From assembly GCA_051362555.1 (NCBI GenBank), contig CM120640.1, positions 7,874,001 to 7,938,000 of the forward strand: DNA of 64,000 nt, given 5' to 3'. The position numbers and the translations under genes were made by a program. The stretch is from Lingula anatina (taxonomy: Eukaryota; Animalia; Brachiopoda). This document shows, in pieces, positions 51,721 through 64,000 of this stretch. The notes below the pieces were generated by a model. It saw only the letters and a list, made by a program, of their open reading frames with translations. It ran no database searches and was not told where the DNA came from. Each line of letters begins with the position of its first letter. Within the stretch, counting starts at the first letter, position 1.

Positions 51721-52337
51721 GTAAAACATATTTCAATTAATTCAAAATGCTGTAGAGGAACCTTTTTGTTGATTCATTAATTATAAAGTCTTGTTTCTCA
51801 TCATGAACTGTCACTATTGTTGTGCTTCAGTTTTGTTTTTTAGACAAATAATCACACATACATATGTATTGCTACACAAAAATCTCTTCACTTCACCTCT
51901 GAGTACTGGTACATAATTTCAGTCATATCCCCTGACTCACATATTATAAATCATGCATATAATTAGATATAATTTCACATTTGGTAAAAATATCCTATCC
52001 ATAAATACACTTTTAAACTGCTGTACTGCACTGTACTGTACACCTGAAGTCTGTATGAATGAGCAAATCATAAATCACTTAAAAACAGGTTTTCATAGTA
52101 CTATTCAGTAAAAAAATCTAACATACAAATGATATAGAATACAATGTAAAATTGCTGCTTCTTTAGTTTGTATAGTCATGGAAATATTCTTGTAATGTCA
52201 ATCAAGTGTCATGTGACCACACAAAATGTCTTTATAAAAATTACAATTAGCACATGGATTCTTTCCATGGAAGTGACGTGTTAGATGTGACAAAATTGTG
52301 ACAGAAGTGACAAAATTGCATTAGTTGCACCTGGAGG

Positions 52338-55300
52338 TCAATGAAACCTGTATTTCCTGGCTGGTTTCAGATTTACATAAGTCTTTTTCATTTCTTCAGA
52401 GTCATCTCTCTTGACTTCAGAGAATTTCTCTCCTCTTTTGCTCACTACCTGGCTGTCTCTGTACATAACAAGCTTCTTAGGCTCCTAAAAAGTTGTTTAA
52501 TAAGAAAGATTTCTGTATAGCGTTTAAAGAATTCCTATTTTTGCCATCATGAATGGAACGTTATCTTACCAGTTACATTTACTAAGATTATGTAATGGCA
52601 AATTGCTGTATATCTTTTTTATTTGTTAGCAATGCTTTACTAGTATTTAATATAGAAATTACCAACATGCAAGGTACATTCAAAAATACAATATTCCAGA
52701 AACACACAAACAAATCCTTTTACTTCCACTAAATTTTTCATAAAGTAAAACACAGTATCAGCCTACTCACCTGTTTGGGTAATGTTGGTTGATGGGTTCT
52801 TTTGTCTTCATCTTCATCCACATACCCATACCTAAATTTGCATAAAACAAAGTGAGCAATTATATTTATGTATAACCTTTCATTCAGCATCTGGTACCCC
52901 ACAAAACATGTAGCACAGGAACTGTGGTTTAGTAATCAATAAATGGTTTCACAAGCATTATTATGAGAAGCAGATTATTCCGAATTGTAAACAAAGGACT
53001 CAAATCATGTTCTTGATACAAAAATGTTTTATAGCCAATGCGAGATTTGGAGCACCTTTTCAAAGTCATTTTCATCATGTTTTAGCTTACCTTGAAACTA
53101 TTGCATCTTTTATACCATCGGCAGCTACTAATACTGTTGGGTTTCTTTTAGCACTCTTCTTATTTGTCTGATAATAGACAAAATCAAAATTTATTACATA
53201 TTTCATAATAAGGAATATTTCAAGTAAGATTTAGTGAATTAAGGAAACAAACTTCTTCAATCCACTAATTTTGACAGACAGTTGACCTATATTATCTTCC
53301 ATAAACATGGATCATCATCTATCATACTCAGCTTCCAATGTTCATTCAAGAGCAGGGGCGGATCCAGAGATATTTTCTGACAGTCTTCCAAATTATCTTT
53401 GTTGATCCATCTTCCATTTTTGACCGTCTTCCGACAGAAAACATTACATGGCTGACAATGTAAACTTGAAAATCTGACCGTCTTCCAGAAGACCCAGAAG
53501 ACGGCCTAAATCCGCCCCTGAAGAGTCTCATTATTGCAAACCTGGATTGTCCTGCTCACTGGTATTTTAGCTTTGCTCAAAATAATATACAAGGCAATGT
53601 TTCACAGCTAAATTTATAACACATAGCAAATTTGCTAAGATAATGAGAAAATTAAATCTTATACTGGATCTTATGGTTAAACAGAGATAACGTTTTGTCC
53701 TTATCACAAGGCTTCTACAGGTGAACTGAGTTAGAGTCGTCACTGGTGTCAGGTGGTGACAGGCCTCGTGATATGGTCAAAATGCCGTGTCAACTTAAGA
53801 TCCAGTATTAGATTAAATTTTCTCATTATCTCAGTATAATATAACAGGATGAATCAAAACATTCACTTTGATATACAGCACCCTTTCTATAGTGTCAGAG
53901 CTCCACTCTCCCATACATTCCTCCTGACTTGGGTAAGAGTAGTCAGAGGGTATTTCAAATTACATTCAAAGGGTTTGAAACATTTAACTGAGAATCAAAA
54001 TAAACCCCTCCCACAATCAATTCCACAATATTACCAATGTCAAGAAAGACAAAAGGTTAAAACTACCAAAAGACCACATTATGTTTTCTACCTTCTTTGT
54101 TAGCTGTTCCCCTGTCTCTATTCTATGTAAAACAAGTTGGACAGCCCTATCAAGGTCCCCCTCAGCCACCTTGAGGCAGTGAGTGACCTCTATACTGCAG
54201 GAAGATGGGAACATTTCTAATAGTAATGACACCTGAGCTTGTTCTACGTGATCCTAAAAATATATATAGATTTGCAATTTAAAACGATTTAATATATGCA
54301 TTTATGTTATTTTCAAATTTAAGAAAACCTGACAGTTCAAGAAAAAAAGGTGTACAAATTTTATAATTCAGCTGATTACATACAGACAGAAAAAAATGTA
54401 CGAACTTGAGAGTCCAAACTTGGAGCAGCAGCTCCAACTGAATCTACTGAGTCCTCAGATGTCTCTGATATACTGTGAGCTCGTTTTTGTGATAAGGTTG
54501 ATGTTGTTGTGGTTTCACTTGAATCTAAATATGCTGAAACAGACTTGTCCTTTGGCTTTCCAGGTATATGAAAATTGGAGTTTTTGTCTTCATCTTTATT
54601 TGTTGATGTTGCTGTAGTGGGCACTTTAAAGAACAAATGTGAAACAATCAGATATGAAGACGACAGTGTGGAAACAGAATGAAAAATATTTAAACAAAAT
54701 TTTTCCCACTTCACTAATCTTTCAAAAATACATATTTAATTAGACAAAGCATTGTGAACACAATAACCTCATGTCCCACAAGTCCAGTCTCAAAATAAAT
54801 CACCTACCTTCATTCTGAACTTCAGCAAGCCTTTTTGCTAATGTGAATATCCATTCACAAACCTTGGAACTGAAAACAACAGTAAGATGACAGTCATGTG
54901 ACAGTGTGAAAGCAACCTGGATTAATATCCCAATTAGTAGCATGTGATTCCATAAAGAGATCAATGGTATACAAAATACTAATGTATAGTTTGACTAATA
55001 TTTGCCAAACAAAGCTGAGATTTTGCAATGTTACTTACAATCTAATTGACCAAGTAAAAATGGTAATTTGAATGATACGAGTACAGTTGCACGATCAAGA
55101 TTTCATGGCAATCAGTAGTAGCCATTAATAAATACAAATTCTGAGGAGTTGAAAAACGCCAAGGAGTGAGAACAAAAAAAGTATTTATGCCTGCTAAACA
55201 TACAGCAAAGATCACCATGAACCTTACCTATCTACATCTTCGAATCCTGGTAAATATGCAGTGATCATTTCACAGAATTCATCAATATCAAATCCTTCTT

Positions 55301-55920
55301 CATCAATGCCTTCTGTACCCAAGTCCTCTAATACACTGACTATGTAATTAAGGACTATATCATCCACAGCACTGAAATATCAGAGTTATGTATAGATAAT
55401 ACACTTTTAACTGAGCTACATGTGCCACTACACCCAAGTGTCAGTGAGTGGTGTTCAAAGCATATCTTGCAGTGTATTACTTGACATGCATGTACATATC
55501 GTGTGAACCTACGGCAAATCACATTTAACTGAAAAACACCCCTAAAACCAAATCAATAAATTATCACCATAAAATGTGTTCATTCATCCATGTTGAAAAA
55601 TGACAGACATTTCAATTAGTTGGCCAAGAAATGTGTTTATAAATTTTAAATCAAAGGTGTAACTCCTGAACCGTTGTAATGAAAATGAGGGCCCGTGTAA
55701 CAGAAAGTCCACCTTACATTTAGTTATAATGGTTAGGGTTAGCCAGACCTCAGGGGGTCGATTTCTAGGGTGAGGCGTAGCTGTACAAATTATTGGGAAG
55801 CAGACTATCCATGGGGACTCTCTGTCATGTTACACCAGCACAGTACCTGATTGAAACACCCGTTGCCTCTTGCTGCAAAAACGTAAATAAAGAATCTTTG
55901 ACGACTTTCTCCTTACTCAT
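52338..55920 (-). CDS. CUEDC2: CUE domain-containing protein 2
   Basis: Minus-strand exons 55920-55847 ([15 protein letters not shown]...), 55371-55228 ([29 protein letters not shown]), 54869-54808 (VCEWIF), 54623-54406, 54253-54092 (CUE domain [24 protein letters not shown]), 53167-53091, 52831-52771 ([15 protein letters not shown]) and 52484-52338 ([38 protein letters not shown]). Confidence 0.93.
53353..53520 (-). mobile_element. 168-bp MITE, best-preserved copy of the family
   Basis: Perfect 11-bp TIRs caggggcggat ... atccgcccctg and an exact 5-bp TSD aagag (53348-53352 and 53521-53525); lies in a CUEDC2 intron. Confidence 0.88.
53635..53834. mobile_element. Fold-back (long-TIR) MITE-like hairpin of about 200 bp
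   Basis: gataatgagaaaattaaatcttatactggatctta pairs with taagatccagtattagattaaattttctcattatc; weaker pairing continues inward (tatcacaaggc / gcctcgtgata). Confidence 0.72.
55693..55838. mobile_element. Short MITE-like element containing a telomere-like GGTTAGGGTTAG core
   Basis: Imperfect TIRs gtgtaacagaaagtcc ... ggactctctgtcatgttacac; internal ggttagggttag at ~55731-55742. Confidence 0.5.
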
Positions 55921-56599
55921 CTCGGTTTCTGGCCAAATGTCCTTATGTTTTACTACACTCAGTCAGTTATCTGAAATTAAACATAATTAATTAATGTTAA
56001 TAAAAATAAAAATAATAAAGCAGATTCAGTGGTACCTGTAACAAAATGCCGCAGCAAGTTTAAATTTAACTGCCTTACTTCAACTAGTCCGAAGATAGTG
56101 CCCTTGACTCTTTTCTTCAAAACATCTCACGTACAGTACTTATTTAATTTCAAACCTACCAGCAGTAGGTGTACGTATTGGAACAATCCGTTGTCCACAC
56201 TCAAGAAAAGCACCAAACTGCACGTAAGGAACACCTTAATTACAAATATCCCTTGTTATCTTGGCAGCAAAACAATATAAAGTTCACATTTTGCAGAATA
56301 CTAAAACTAAACACATATTCGCGAGCTTTCTTTTTGCAAAACACCCGCTGCATTGAAACTACCAAAAATAGGTTTAGCTTTAAAGAACGACATACAATCA
56401 ACAAGACATGTAGTGTATTAAGAAACAAAATCACCCCATCTCGGGTTCTTTGCTCATATAAGATTATTATATACTCATCATGATGATTTAGTATAATTAA
56501 TTTTTAATTTTTAATACGTAAAGATACTAAAGATACATGGTTGCCTTTGTTGATGTCGTTCACCTCTAACGTACTCATTGGTGGCAACGTGTACTCAAG
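55921..56599. promoter_or_regulatory. Probable bidirectional promoter and 5' UTR region shared by CUEDC2 (-) and TTLL12 (+)
   Basis: Divergent start codons about 680 bp apart; CpGs are retained. A minus-strand donor (cttac, 56074-56078) and acceptor (55971-55972) suggest a CUEDC2 5' UTR intron. Confidence 0.65.
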
Positions 56600-59500
56600 A
56601 TGCCGCACGCTACAGCTGAGCCCCAAGTACAGTTTTCTTATGAAGATTTTGTAAAGCTACACAGGGTACAGCTGGAAAGTGCGGCTGTTCCAGAGAGGTA
56701 TTGGCACAAACTTCATGACAAATTAAAAGATGAGGTATATATATATGTAACTGATTATGTTACATTAACAAGAAAATTTCGGATCATCTTAAACTGTCAG
56801 TAAGTCAACTGTATCGCAACAAATTTGTGAAGTAGTACCTTCCTGTTGGTAAAGCACATCACTGTTAAGTCCCAATACTTTAGACAGTAAATAGATTATA
56901 TAGATTTTAAGCATGTATAAATTTGTAATAGCTGTACACGTAAGTTTTAACTTCAAAACTTACTAGCTGTTCATTATTTGTCCATGCACGATGATACAGT
57001 TATGTTTACACTTCAGGTGTTTGATGCTGGAAGTGTATTTGGTCTTATGAGAGTGGAACATGTTGATGAGGATGGTGAAGAAACAGGAAAGTATTCATGG
57101 AAAGCAGCAGTGACTGATGATGAGGGTGTTGATTATTTGGATGAGAAACAGTAAGGGGTTTCAATAATGTTTTGATTGAACTTGCAATCAGAAAGACTTC
57201 CTTTTACTTGTGTAGTTTACTTACTGCTTTATTAAGGAAGTGTTTAAGATGTAAATTAAAATATCTAATTAATGTTGCATATATTGTAAAAGTTTCCAAA
57301 ATTAAGAAGTTCACTTGACCATTAGTTGTTATTGTGGCAAAAGCAAAGTGAACAGGTGCAGAAAAATATGTTTTCAAAACTCTGGCTAATATAATTTTAG
57401 CATTTACCTGATAGACCATGCCTGGTCGTACAGTGCAGATAAAGCTAGGGCACAGCTGCGTGTTGTACCTGGCTTGGCAGAAAGAATGGCTGGTATCATG
57501 GACTTGAAAACTGAGGGGAAAACCAAGGAAGAAATAGTGGAAGAAATTTTTAATGAAATGTGGAAGTACAATCAAACCTATAGTTTTGCAAATGCACCCA
57601 AGGTGGGTAGTTGTGCAGTTTTATATGACTATAATAGTTCATTTAAACACTTGTACTTGTGCACCTTATTTCACTATTATACAGAGAAACCAAACATTGT
57701 TAAGCAAATCCAGAGCCATTCCACAGAAATTGTCTGTTTGTGAAAACTTCGAACAGTGTAAGGTTTTCATTTGAAATATCAGCTTGTAATGAATGGTTGA
57801 TTTAAACCGCATGTATATGTCTTTATTGTAAGTGGCATTATTTACAGAGCATTGTGAACACTTGAATGTCAAATAGATTGTTCACACTCCATTTTACCAC
57901 ATATCTTATTACCATTTTAGTGGTTTATGTGCTTATGTACCTTCAGACTTATCAAAGTGAATACAAACATTTACGCACATAAACATGAGATATCATATTC
58001 TTCAGATGATGAGCTTCAAAAGGCTAGCAAACAGTTCAGAAATAATAATAAAAATAATAACACATTTCAATCATTTTCAGGGCAGCGAGGAATCCTTTGC
58101 AGTTTGGTACATTATGGACGAGTTTGGATCCAGAATACAGCACTCATATGAACCTAGCTGTAGATTGGTGCCTTTTTTCTATGTGCCCATGCAGTTAACA
58201 TTCTCCATATTATTTCCAGTCAAAAATTTAGAGGAAGGAGGTACTGTCATAGTTCTTTATTTATGCTATTTCAACAGACATTGATGAGAAACTTACTAAG
58301 CAATTTTGGCAAAGCAAACTATTTAGGGAATGAGAATTTTTTTCACTTAGGGTGAAGATGAGAATTGGATTAACCTACATAGACATGTGCTAGTTAAGTC
58401 TTTTATACACCAATGTCATACTGAGGAGATTAAACAGAACTTCCATGATATTTTACAGAAGAGATTACTAGAGACTATGCAGAAAATACAGATGACCCAC
58501 TGGTAAAGAAAGCCAAGCTGTTACCTTGGGTGCCAGCAGACATGACATATATTGGCCACCAGCAGGAAGAGCCAGGAGAGGAGTACTTTGAAGTAAGGCT
58601 GATCTAGCCAGCTTTATCCATATTTCCTTTTTCATCTTGTTCTGTTACAGATGTTACAATTGTAGATAAATGTTAACTTGAATTGATAAAGCTACGCTGG
58701 TTAATAACGTTTGATTACCCATGAAGAATTATTGTTTGGATGTCAAGCTTTAGAGTGTTTTAATATTGTTCAGAGCCAAGAAAGCAGGCAGTCTAGTAAG
58801 AAGGTGAGTATAAACTTCCTGTCTATTTGAAGTCAATCATTAACGTACCTTTTACTTAATACATGGCGTTGCTTGTAATTGGTTGAACTTTTCAATTTTA
58901 GAAATACAGGAGAGAAGAACCATTGCCAAATCTAGACAAGACCTTTCCACCATTACCTGGAGACAGAAGAATCAAAGTGTTTACAGATGAGCAATATCTC
59001 CAGCAATATTTAACTAGTGACAGATTTGAACTAGTTAACAATGCAAAGGATGCAGACATCTTGTGGCTAATGGAACATTTTTTTGATCACAAGTAAGTAC
59101 ATACTAATGTGCTATAGGAAATTTACAGTAAGCCCCTTTTCCTTTCAGGCTATAACATGGTAAACTTTTAAAAATTTCTTCTCTATAAAAGACAACTGTA
59201 ATAAAATCCAGAATTCTTGTTTGGCAATAAATTTGGTATTCTTTCATTTGAACAGGAATGTCAGCTTCATTGTTAATCTGTGTTCAGAAGATTTTTCAGG
59301 TATTTGACTTTATTTCTTTTAGAGAATTTAGTGAAGAAATGCCAGAGAAGTTTATAAACCAGTTTCCTCATGAGGCAGTATTGACTGTCAAAGATCTGAT
59401 GCCTATTGTTGCTAGGAGAGTTTCTTCAGCAACTGAACAGCAAGATGAATTGGAGAGTCAGCCATATTGGTTATCACAGACCTATAACCTGAGTACTGAA

Positions 59501-62462
59501 CTTCCCCAGTTTGCATCACTTTTCCAGAAACGGGAGTCTAAGTATGTTTTATTTAAAAAAAATGTCCATAAAAGTGTTGAAAGCACATTAGAAAAAGTAA
59601 TGTAAACTAAAATACATTCTATATCATCCTGAATGACACTCCTTTATATACAAGTAAGATATTTCTCATAAAAAGAAATGTGAATCAAACCCCCACACAC
59701 TATTGCAACTATGTATAATTGTATTGTTTTTTATCTTAAAAGAGTCAGCATGAGTTGAAAACAACACATTTGTATCTAAATTATACAATATGCATTGTCT
59801 TGTGCACATTGTTCTCAATTTGAGTTCACATTACATTTTGTATTGTTCCATCAAAAACTGCAATTGCATTTATGGATATTTATTTAAGAATAAACCAGAT
59901 GTGAGTTATATAATTTTTTTACCTTCCTTTTAGGGGACTTGACAACCACTGGATCTGTAAACCTTATAATCTTAGTAGAGGCCTTGATATTCACATCACC
60001 AGCAACCTGAACTACATTATAAAATTGTCAGATTCTGGGCCAAAGGTATCATTGTTATTACATGGATTGACAGGCAATAGTTATTTACTCAAATTTACAA
60101 GAAAGAAACAAAAAAATGGTGGGCATCATATACTTGACTTGTTCTTAATTTGCTTTTTTGCAAAGAATTCAAGGCATTGTGCTTCTCAAATATTTTCCAG
60201 TTAGTGCTATTATGTGCAAGTGTATTTTTTAAACCAATCATTATTTTTCTTATGGATCCGAGATTATCTTTTGTCCAGGTGGCTTGTAAATACCTTGATG
60301 ACACAGTCCTCTTTCACCGCCCAGAAATTGGAGGGGTGAAGTTTGATCTGAGATGGTTTGTGATGCTGTGTGGTGTTCAGCCATTAAAACTTAGTGTCTG
60401 CAAAACATTTTATCCAAGGTTTCCATGCAAGTAAGCATGACCACAACTTTGGTGTTAAGCATATTTTGAATTCAGTTGTCCCAAATTTTTGATGTCTTTT
60501 TGATTGGAATTAGAATTGATTTTAAAGAAAAAGTGCATATACTTGTCTATTTGATTAAAAAGTGATTGATTTTTAAAGTTATTTCATTTCTTACTCATTT
60601 GTATATGTAGAACAGTTTTTGGGACTAAAGTAGCACTCTGTAGAATTTGATGTGTTCAATGTCATCAATGTTGATACAGTTGCTTAAATTTGTTTCTGAT
60701 TTTGTTGCTTGTTATTTATGTCTGTAATTTTTTTCTTTTTTTAATTATTATTTTTAAAAAATACTTTCATACCCATATGATTTTGTTTCAATTGCCTTGT
60801 TTCGTGTTTCAGGCCATTTTCTTTAGATGACTTGGATGACTTTGAGAAACATTTTACTTCAATGACATATGTGTCTCCTCAGAATGTAGTAGAGGTGACA
60901 TCTTAATTTTCTTTGAATGTAACATTTTAGATAATGTTTTTGAAACTATGTACTAGAGAGAGTTTATATATTAAGGCATTGTTTTGTTCCTTACTTTGCA
61001 ATCATTAATATAAACATTTTGTTATAGTGAACATGCTTATAATATATGATGATGGATTTCTATTGAGGCTCTTTTAGTCAAGGATCTACAAAAGTCTGCA
61101 TATTAAAGTATCAGTATTGTATCAATTGAGCTGTAAATTAAATATTTGAAATTCCATTTGACACATCTGTCTATTTGAATTGTAGGTTTATCGCAGTGAT
61201 TTCATTTCACGTCTGGAAGAGCAGTATCCAGGACACCACTGGGAAGATGTGGAGGTAGGATTAAATTACCTACAGCTTCCATTTTTATTATCATTTTTAC
61301 AAGTCTGCAAATCTTACCCGGGTGGGGTGGGGTGGGGTGGGGTGGGGGTGAGTGGTTAATCCCTTCTGTATGCTTTTGGAAAAATTATTATAATGATGAT
61401 CTTTACCCCAAGGGATGTGCTGGGAAAGGTCAGCATTTTAAGCTTTTCACCTTGTACTCTATCAGACTATGAAGGGGAGGTGTCTGGAGAAAAGCCTACT
61501 CTTTGTAGACTAGCGAAATTTATGGTGATGATGACCCTTAAGTGAAACAAGGCATTGCCAGGAAGTATTTACAAAATATAAACAGCTGTGGCCATTAGGT
61601 TATATTGAAAGAGAGGTATGATGAATTTAATGCTCATTTCTCATTTTGTCAAAAAGTTAAATTTTTATCTTTTGTCTATGACATGTTGATGTATGAACCC
61701 AAATTTCATGATATATGTATGTGTGGCCCACTTGAAAATGGATTATATCTTTACCTTACATGGTTTTAATGTAGAAGAAAATCCTGAAGGCACTCCAAGA
61801 ACTGTTCACTGCTGCGTACAGTGCCCCTCCCCCAAGAGGCATTGCCCCTTCCCCACAATCCAGGGCAATATATGGGATAGATATCATGCTGAAATGGAGG
61901 ACTGACCAAAATGGTATTTATATATTTATGTATTTTTTTTTCAAAATGTTTTAAAAGTACATAGAAATGAATAGGAAGGTACACTTTCACTCCTCCTTTC
62001 CTGATATTATTGTAGATTCTGATGTAGACGTGAAGTATTGAATGAGGTTTTATCATATGTAATACTGTTTAATGTTGAAATAAAGAGCAGTGTCATTCAC
62101 TTTTTTATTACTCTCAAATCAGAAACATGTACAGAGTTGTCAGCAATGCAAATAACTTATTCAGAACTTACTTTGAAAATTTTGAATCAATATTGAAAAA
62201 AGTGTGCTAACTCGAATACAAAGATTCCCTTGTACTGTGAGTTACGCTAGGTAGCCTTAATTTGTTGGGAATATTTTCTAAACTTTACATCTGTTTTTAT
62301 CCAGGTGAACGTTACATGCAGCCTATAATCCTGGAGGTGAACTTCACTCCAGACTGTTCACGTGTCTGCAAGCACTACCCAGACTTTTACAACGACATGT
62401 TTGGAGTTGCATTTCTGGATGATGATGTGATTGGAAAACCACTGGTAGTTTTAACTTCATGA
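56600..62462 (+). CDS. TTLL12: Tubulin--tyrosine ligase-like protein 12 (SET-like + TTL-like domains)
   Basis: Thirteen exons: 56600-56734, 57017-57150, 57401-57602, 58081-58240, 58459-58592, 58902-59092, 59323-59541, 59934-60045, 60279-60430, 60813-60894, 61186-61254, 61775-61913, 62305-62462. Motifs: FVKLH..L...AVPERYW..L..KL..EVFDAG, IYLIDHAWSY, MWKYNQTY, VWYIMDEFGSRIQHS, INQFPHEAVLTVKD, DNHWICKPYNLSRG, VKFDLR, SRAIYGIDIML, LEVNFTPDCSRVCKHYPDFYND. Confidence 0.95.
61319..61348 (+). repeat. (GGGGT)n tract with G-quadruplex potential, in a TTLL12 intron
   Basis: ggggtggggtggggtggggtggggtggggg is directly visible. Confidence 0.8.
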
Positions 62463-64000
62463 CTGTTTGGAAGATGTTGACAGAAATACGAGATGGGGCA
62501 TGGTTAATATACTAATAATTTATGGTAACGGGACTAAAACTCTATAAAATATTTTCAGTTCACGAAATGTGCAATAGTGTTTAAAATGTTAAAATTTATT
62601 TTACACGAGAAAATGTACATGAAAAAATAGTGAAACAGTATTTTTAAATTCAGGGCACTTTTTATAAGGTTTTAAATTGGTGTGCATTAAATGTCTAATC
62701 ATGTTGTTAATGTTAATAAAAACATTTAGAACCATTTGATAGTTTTATATATTTTCTATTGATTCTTCAAAATATTATCACTGATATATTTAATCCAGTC
62801 ACAAAAAATGAAAGTCACGAAAGGTAGTAAAAAGAATCCAGTAGATACGACTACAAATTTAACTGGGACGGGGTGCAACTGTTTCGTACAGGTGTCTTTC
62901 TCATCAGAGAGATTGAAATGAGACAAAGTAGATCTGATATTTTGTCCCTCTTTTGCCCAGAGAACCTCACTGTGAGACCTTCATGCTCTTCATCAAAATG
63001 TTTTGAACCTTAAATTGTAAAATACAGGCTTTACAAGGGGCCTAATCATATGACCTTATTCGTATGGTGCAGGCGACACATACAGGCAATTTGTGAAGAA
63101 TAAAACAACCTGGTCTACAAAAATTAGCAAATTACCGCAGAAAGAAAGAAAGAAACATGGACTTAAATGAAGAAAAGGAATTTGCTTAGTCTTAGCCTCC
63201 CTGCTCTGATTATGTCAAATTTCTTCAGGCGTTCAATAGTTTTAGTTATAAAGTACTGGGAACTGGATGTCTACTTCATTGCCTTGGTCATTTATTACAA
63301 CGTTGGGAGAGCATTTACTTCATTAGGCAAGCGAAACGAGCGAGTGTTGGATGAAAGTTGGAACATTTAGCTAGAGGAAAATGAGCGGGATGTGAGTTTG
63401 GAATTGAACCGCGGTGCCAAGGGAAAGCCTGCGCTGCACGGTAGATTGGAAAGTGCTGTGCGTGCTCCATAAATCGCTACGATGGCATGTCTGTAACGAG
63501 GTCGATAGAATGGAAGATTTATCGCGAAAATCTGACACCAAGGCAAACCGTTTGAAAAGATTTAACAGTTTTTCTCCTCTTTGGCTTTGGCAACATGACT
63601 ATTCAGCATTCGATGAAGAAAACTTGTATCTCGTGCACTATTAATCTGTGACGCTTGTGCAAAGCTTTGAAATAACGGCACAAGATATGAGATGAGTCGG
63701 AGATTCGTATCCTGGTCCTCGTTTCTTCATTTTATTTTTTGATTCTGTTTGTACACAAACGCAACTATGAGCTTCTTATGCCCATTATTGCAGGCCATTA
63801 GTATTTTTTTCTGTTTTATTAAATCAATACATCAAAAACTTTGAATCACCAGGCAAGATTTGTTCAAATCAATACCTTAAGTTATAACGGATAAAAAAAA
63901 AATTATTTTTGGCATCGGAATAAAAAGGTCATCTATCTTTGAGAGGAGACGAAGAAGATCAATGAAGCGCCTTGAAGAACAATATATATATATATATATG

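Noticed and set aside
60046-60054. Donor gtatcattg resembling a U12-type 5' splice site
   Set aside because: It deviates from the GTATCCTT consensus and I see no clear TCCTTAAC branch point near the acceptor.
63167-63720. CpG-rich stretch with short ORFs near the window end
   Set aside because: No recognisable protein motif, splice pattern or terminal repeat. It may be a decayed transposon or part of the next locus, but I cannot support a call.

Overview
AT-rich, intron-rich eukaryotic DNA from a bilaterian invertebrate (probably a lophotrochozoan; the taxon is my inference). Most ORFs in the supplied track are exon fragments or noise. Splicing by eye gives six protein-coding genes: (1) the 3' part of a lectin-like mosaic gene (SUEL/Gal_Lectin, two F5/8 type C domains, three EAR/EPTP repeats; 24-5730, +); (2) HTATSF1/Tat-SF1 (8651-13745, probably with small terminal exons at 21428 and 27424, +); (3) a vestigial/VGLL1-3 family gene (29731-34854, +); (4) ACAD8 (40296-48051, +); (5) CUEDC2 (52338-55920, -); (6) TTLL12 (56600-62462, +). 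Mobile DNA includes three Helentron/HINE-like non-autonomous elements (two carrying ~161-bp internal tandem repeats), a Harbinger-like MITE, a three-copy MITE family with 5-bp target-site duplications and two smaller hairpin elements. The most notable signals are the HTATSF1-vestigial tandem pair, which mirrors human HTATSF1-VGLL1 and has large motif-rich 3' introns and CTCF-like sites, a duplicated Tyr/Trp-rich motif inserted in Tat-SF1, the unusual lectin/discoidin/EAR architecture, and a mosaic CpG landscape. All coordinates and alignments were made by eye; no searches were run.
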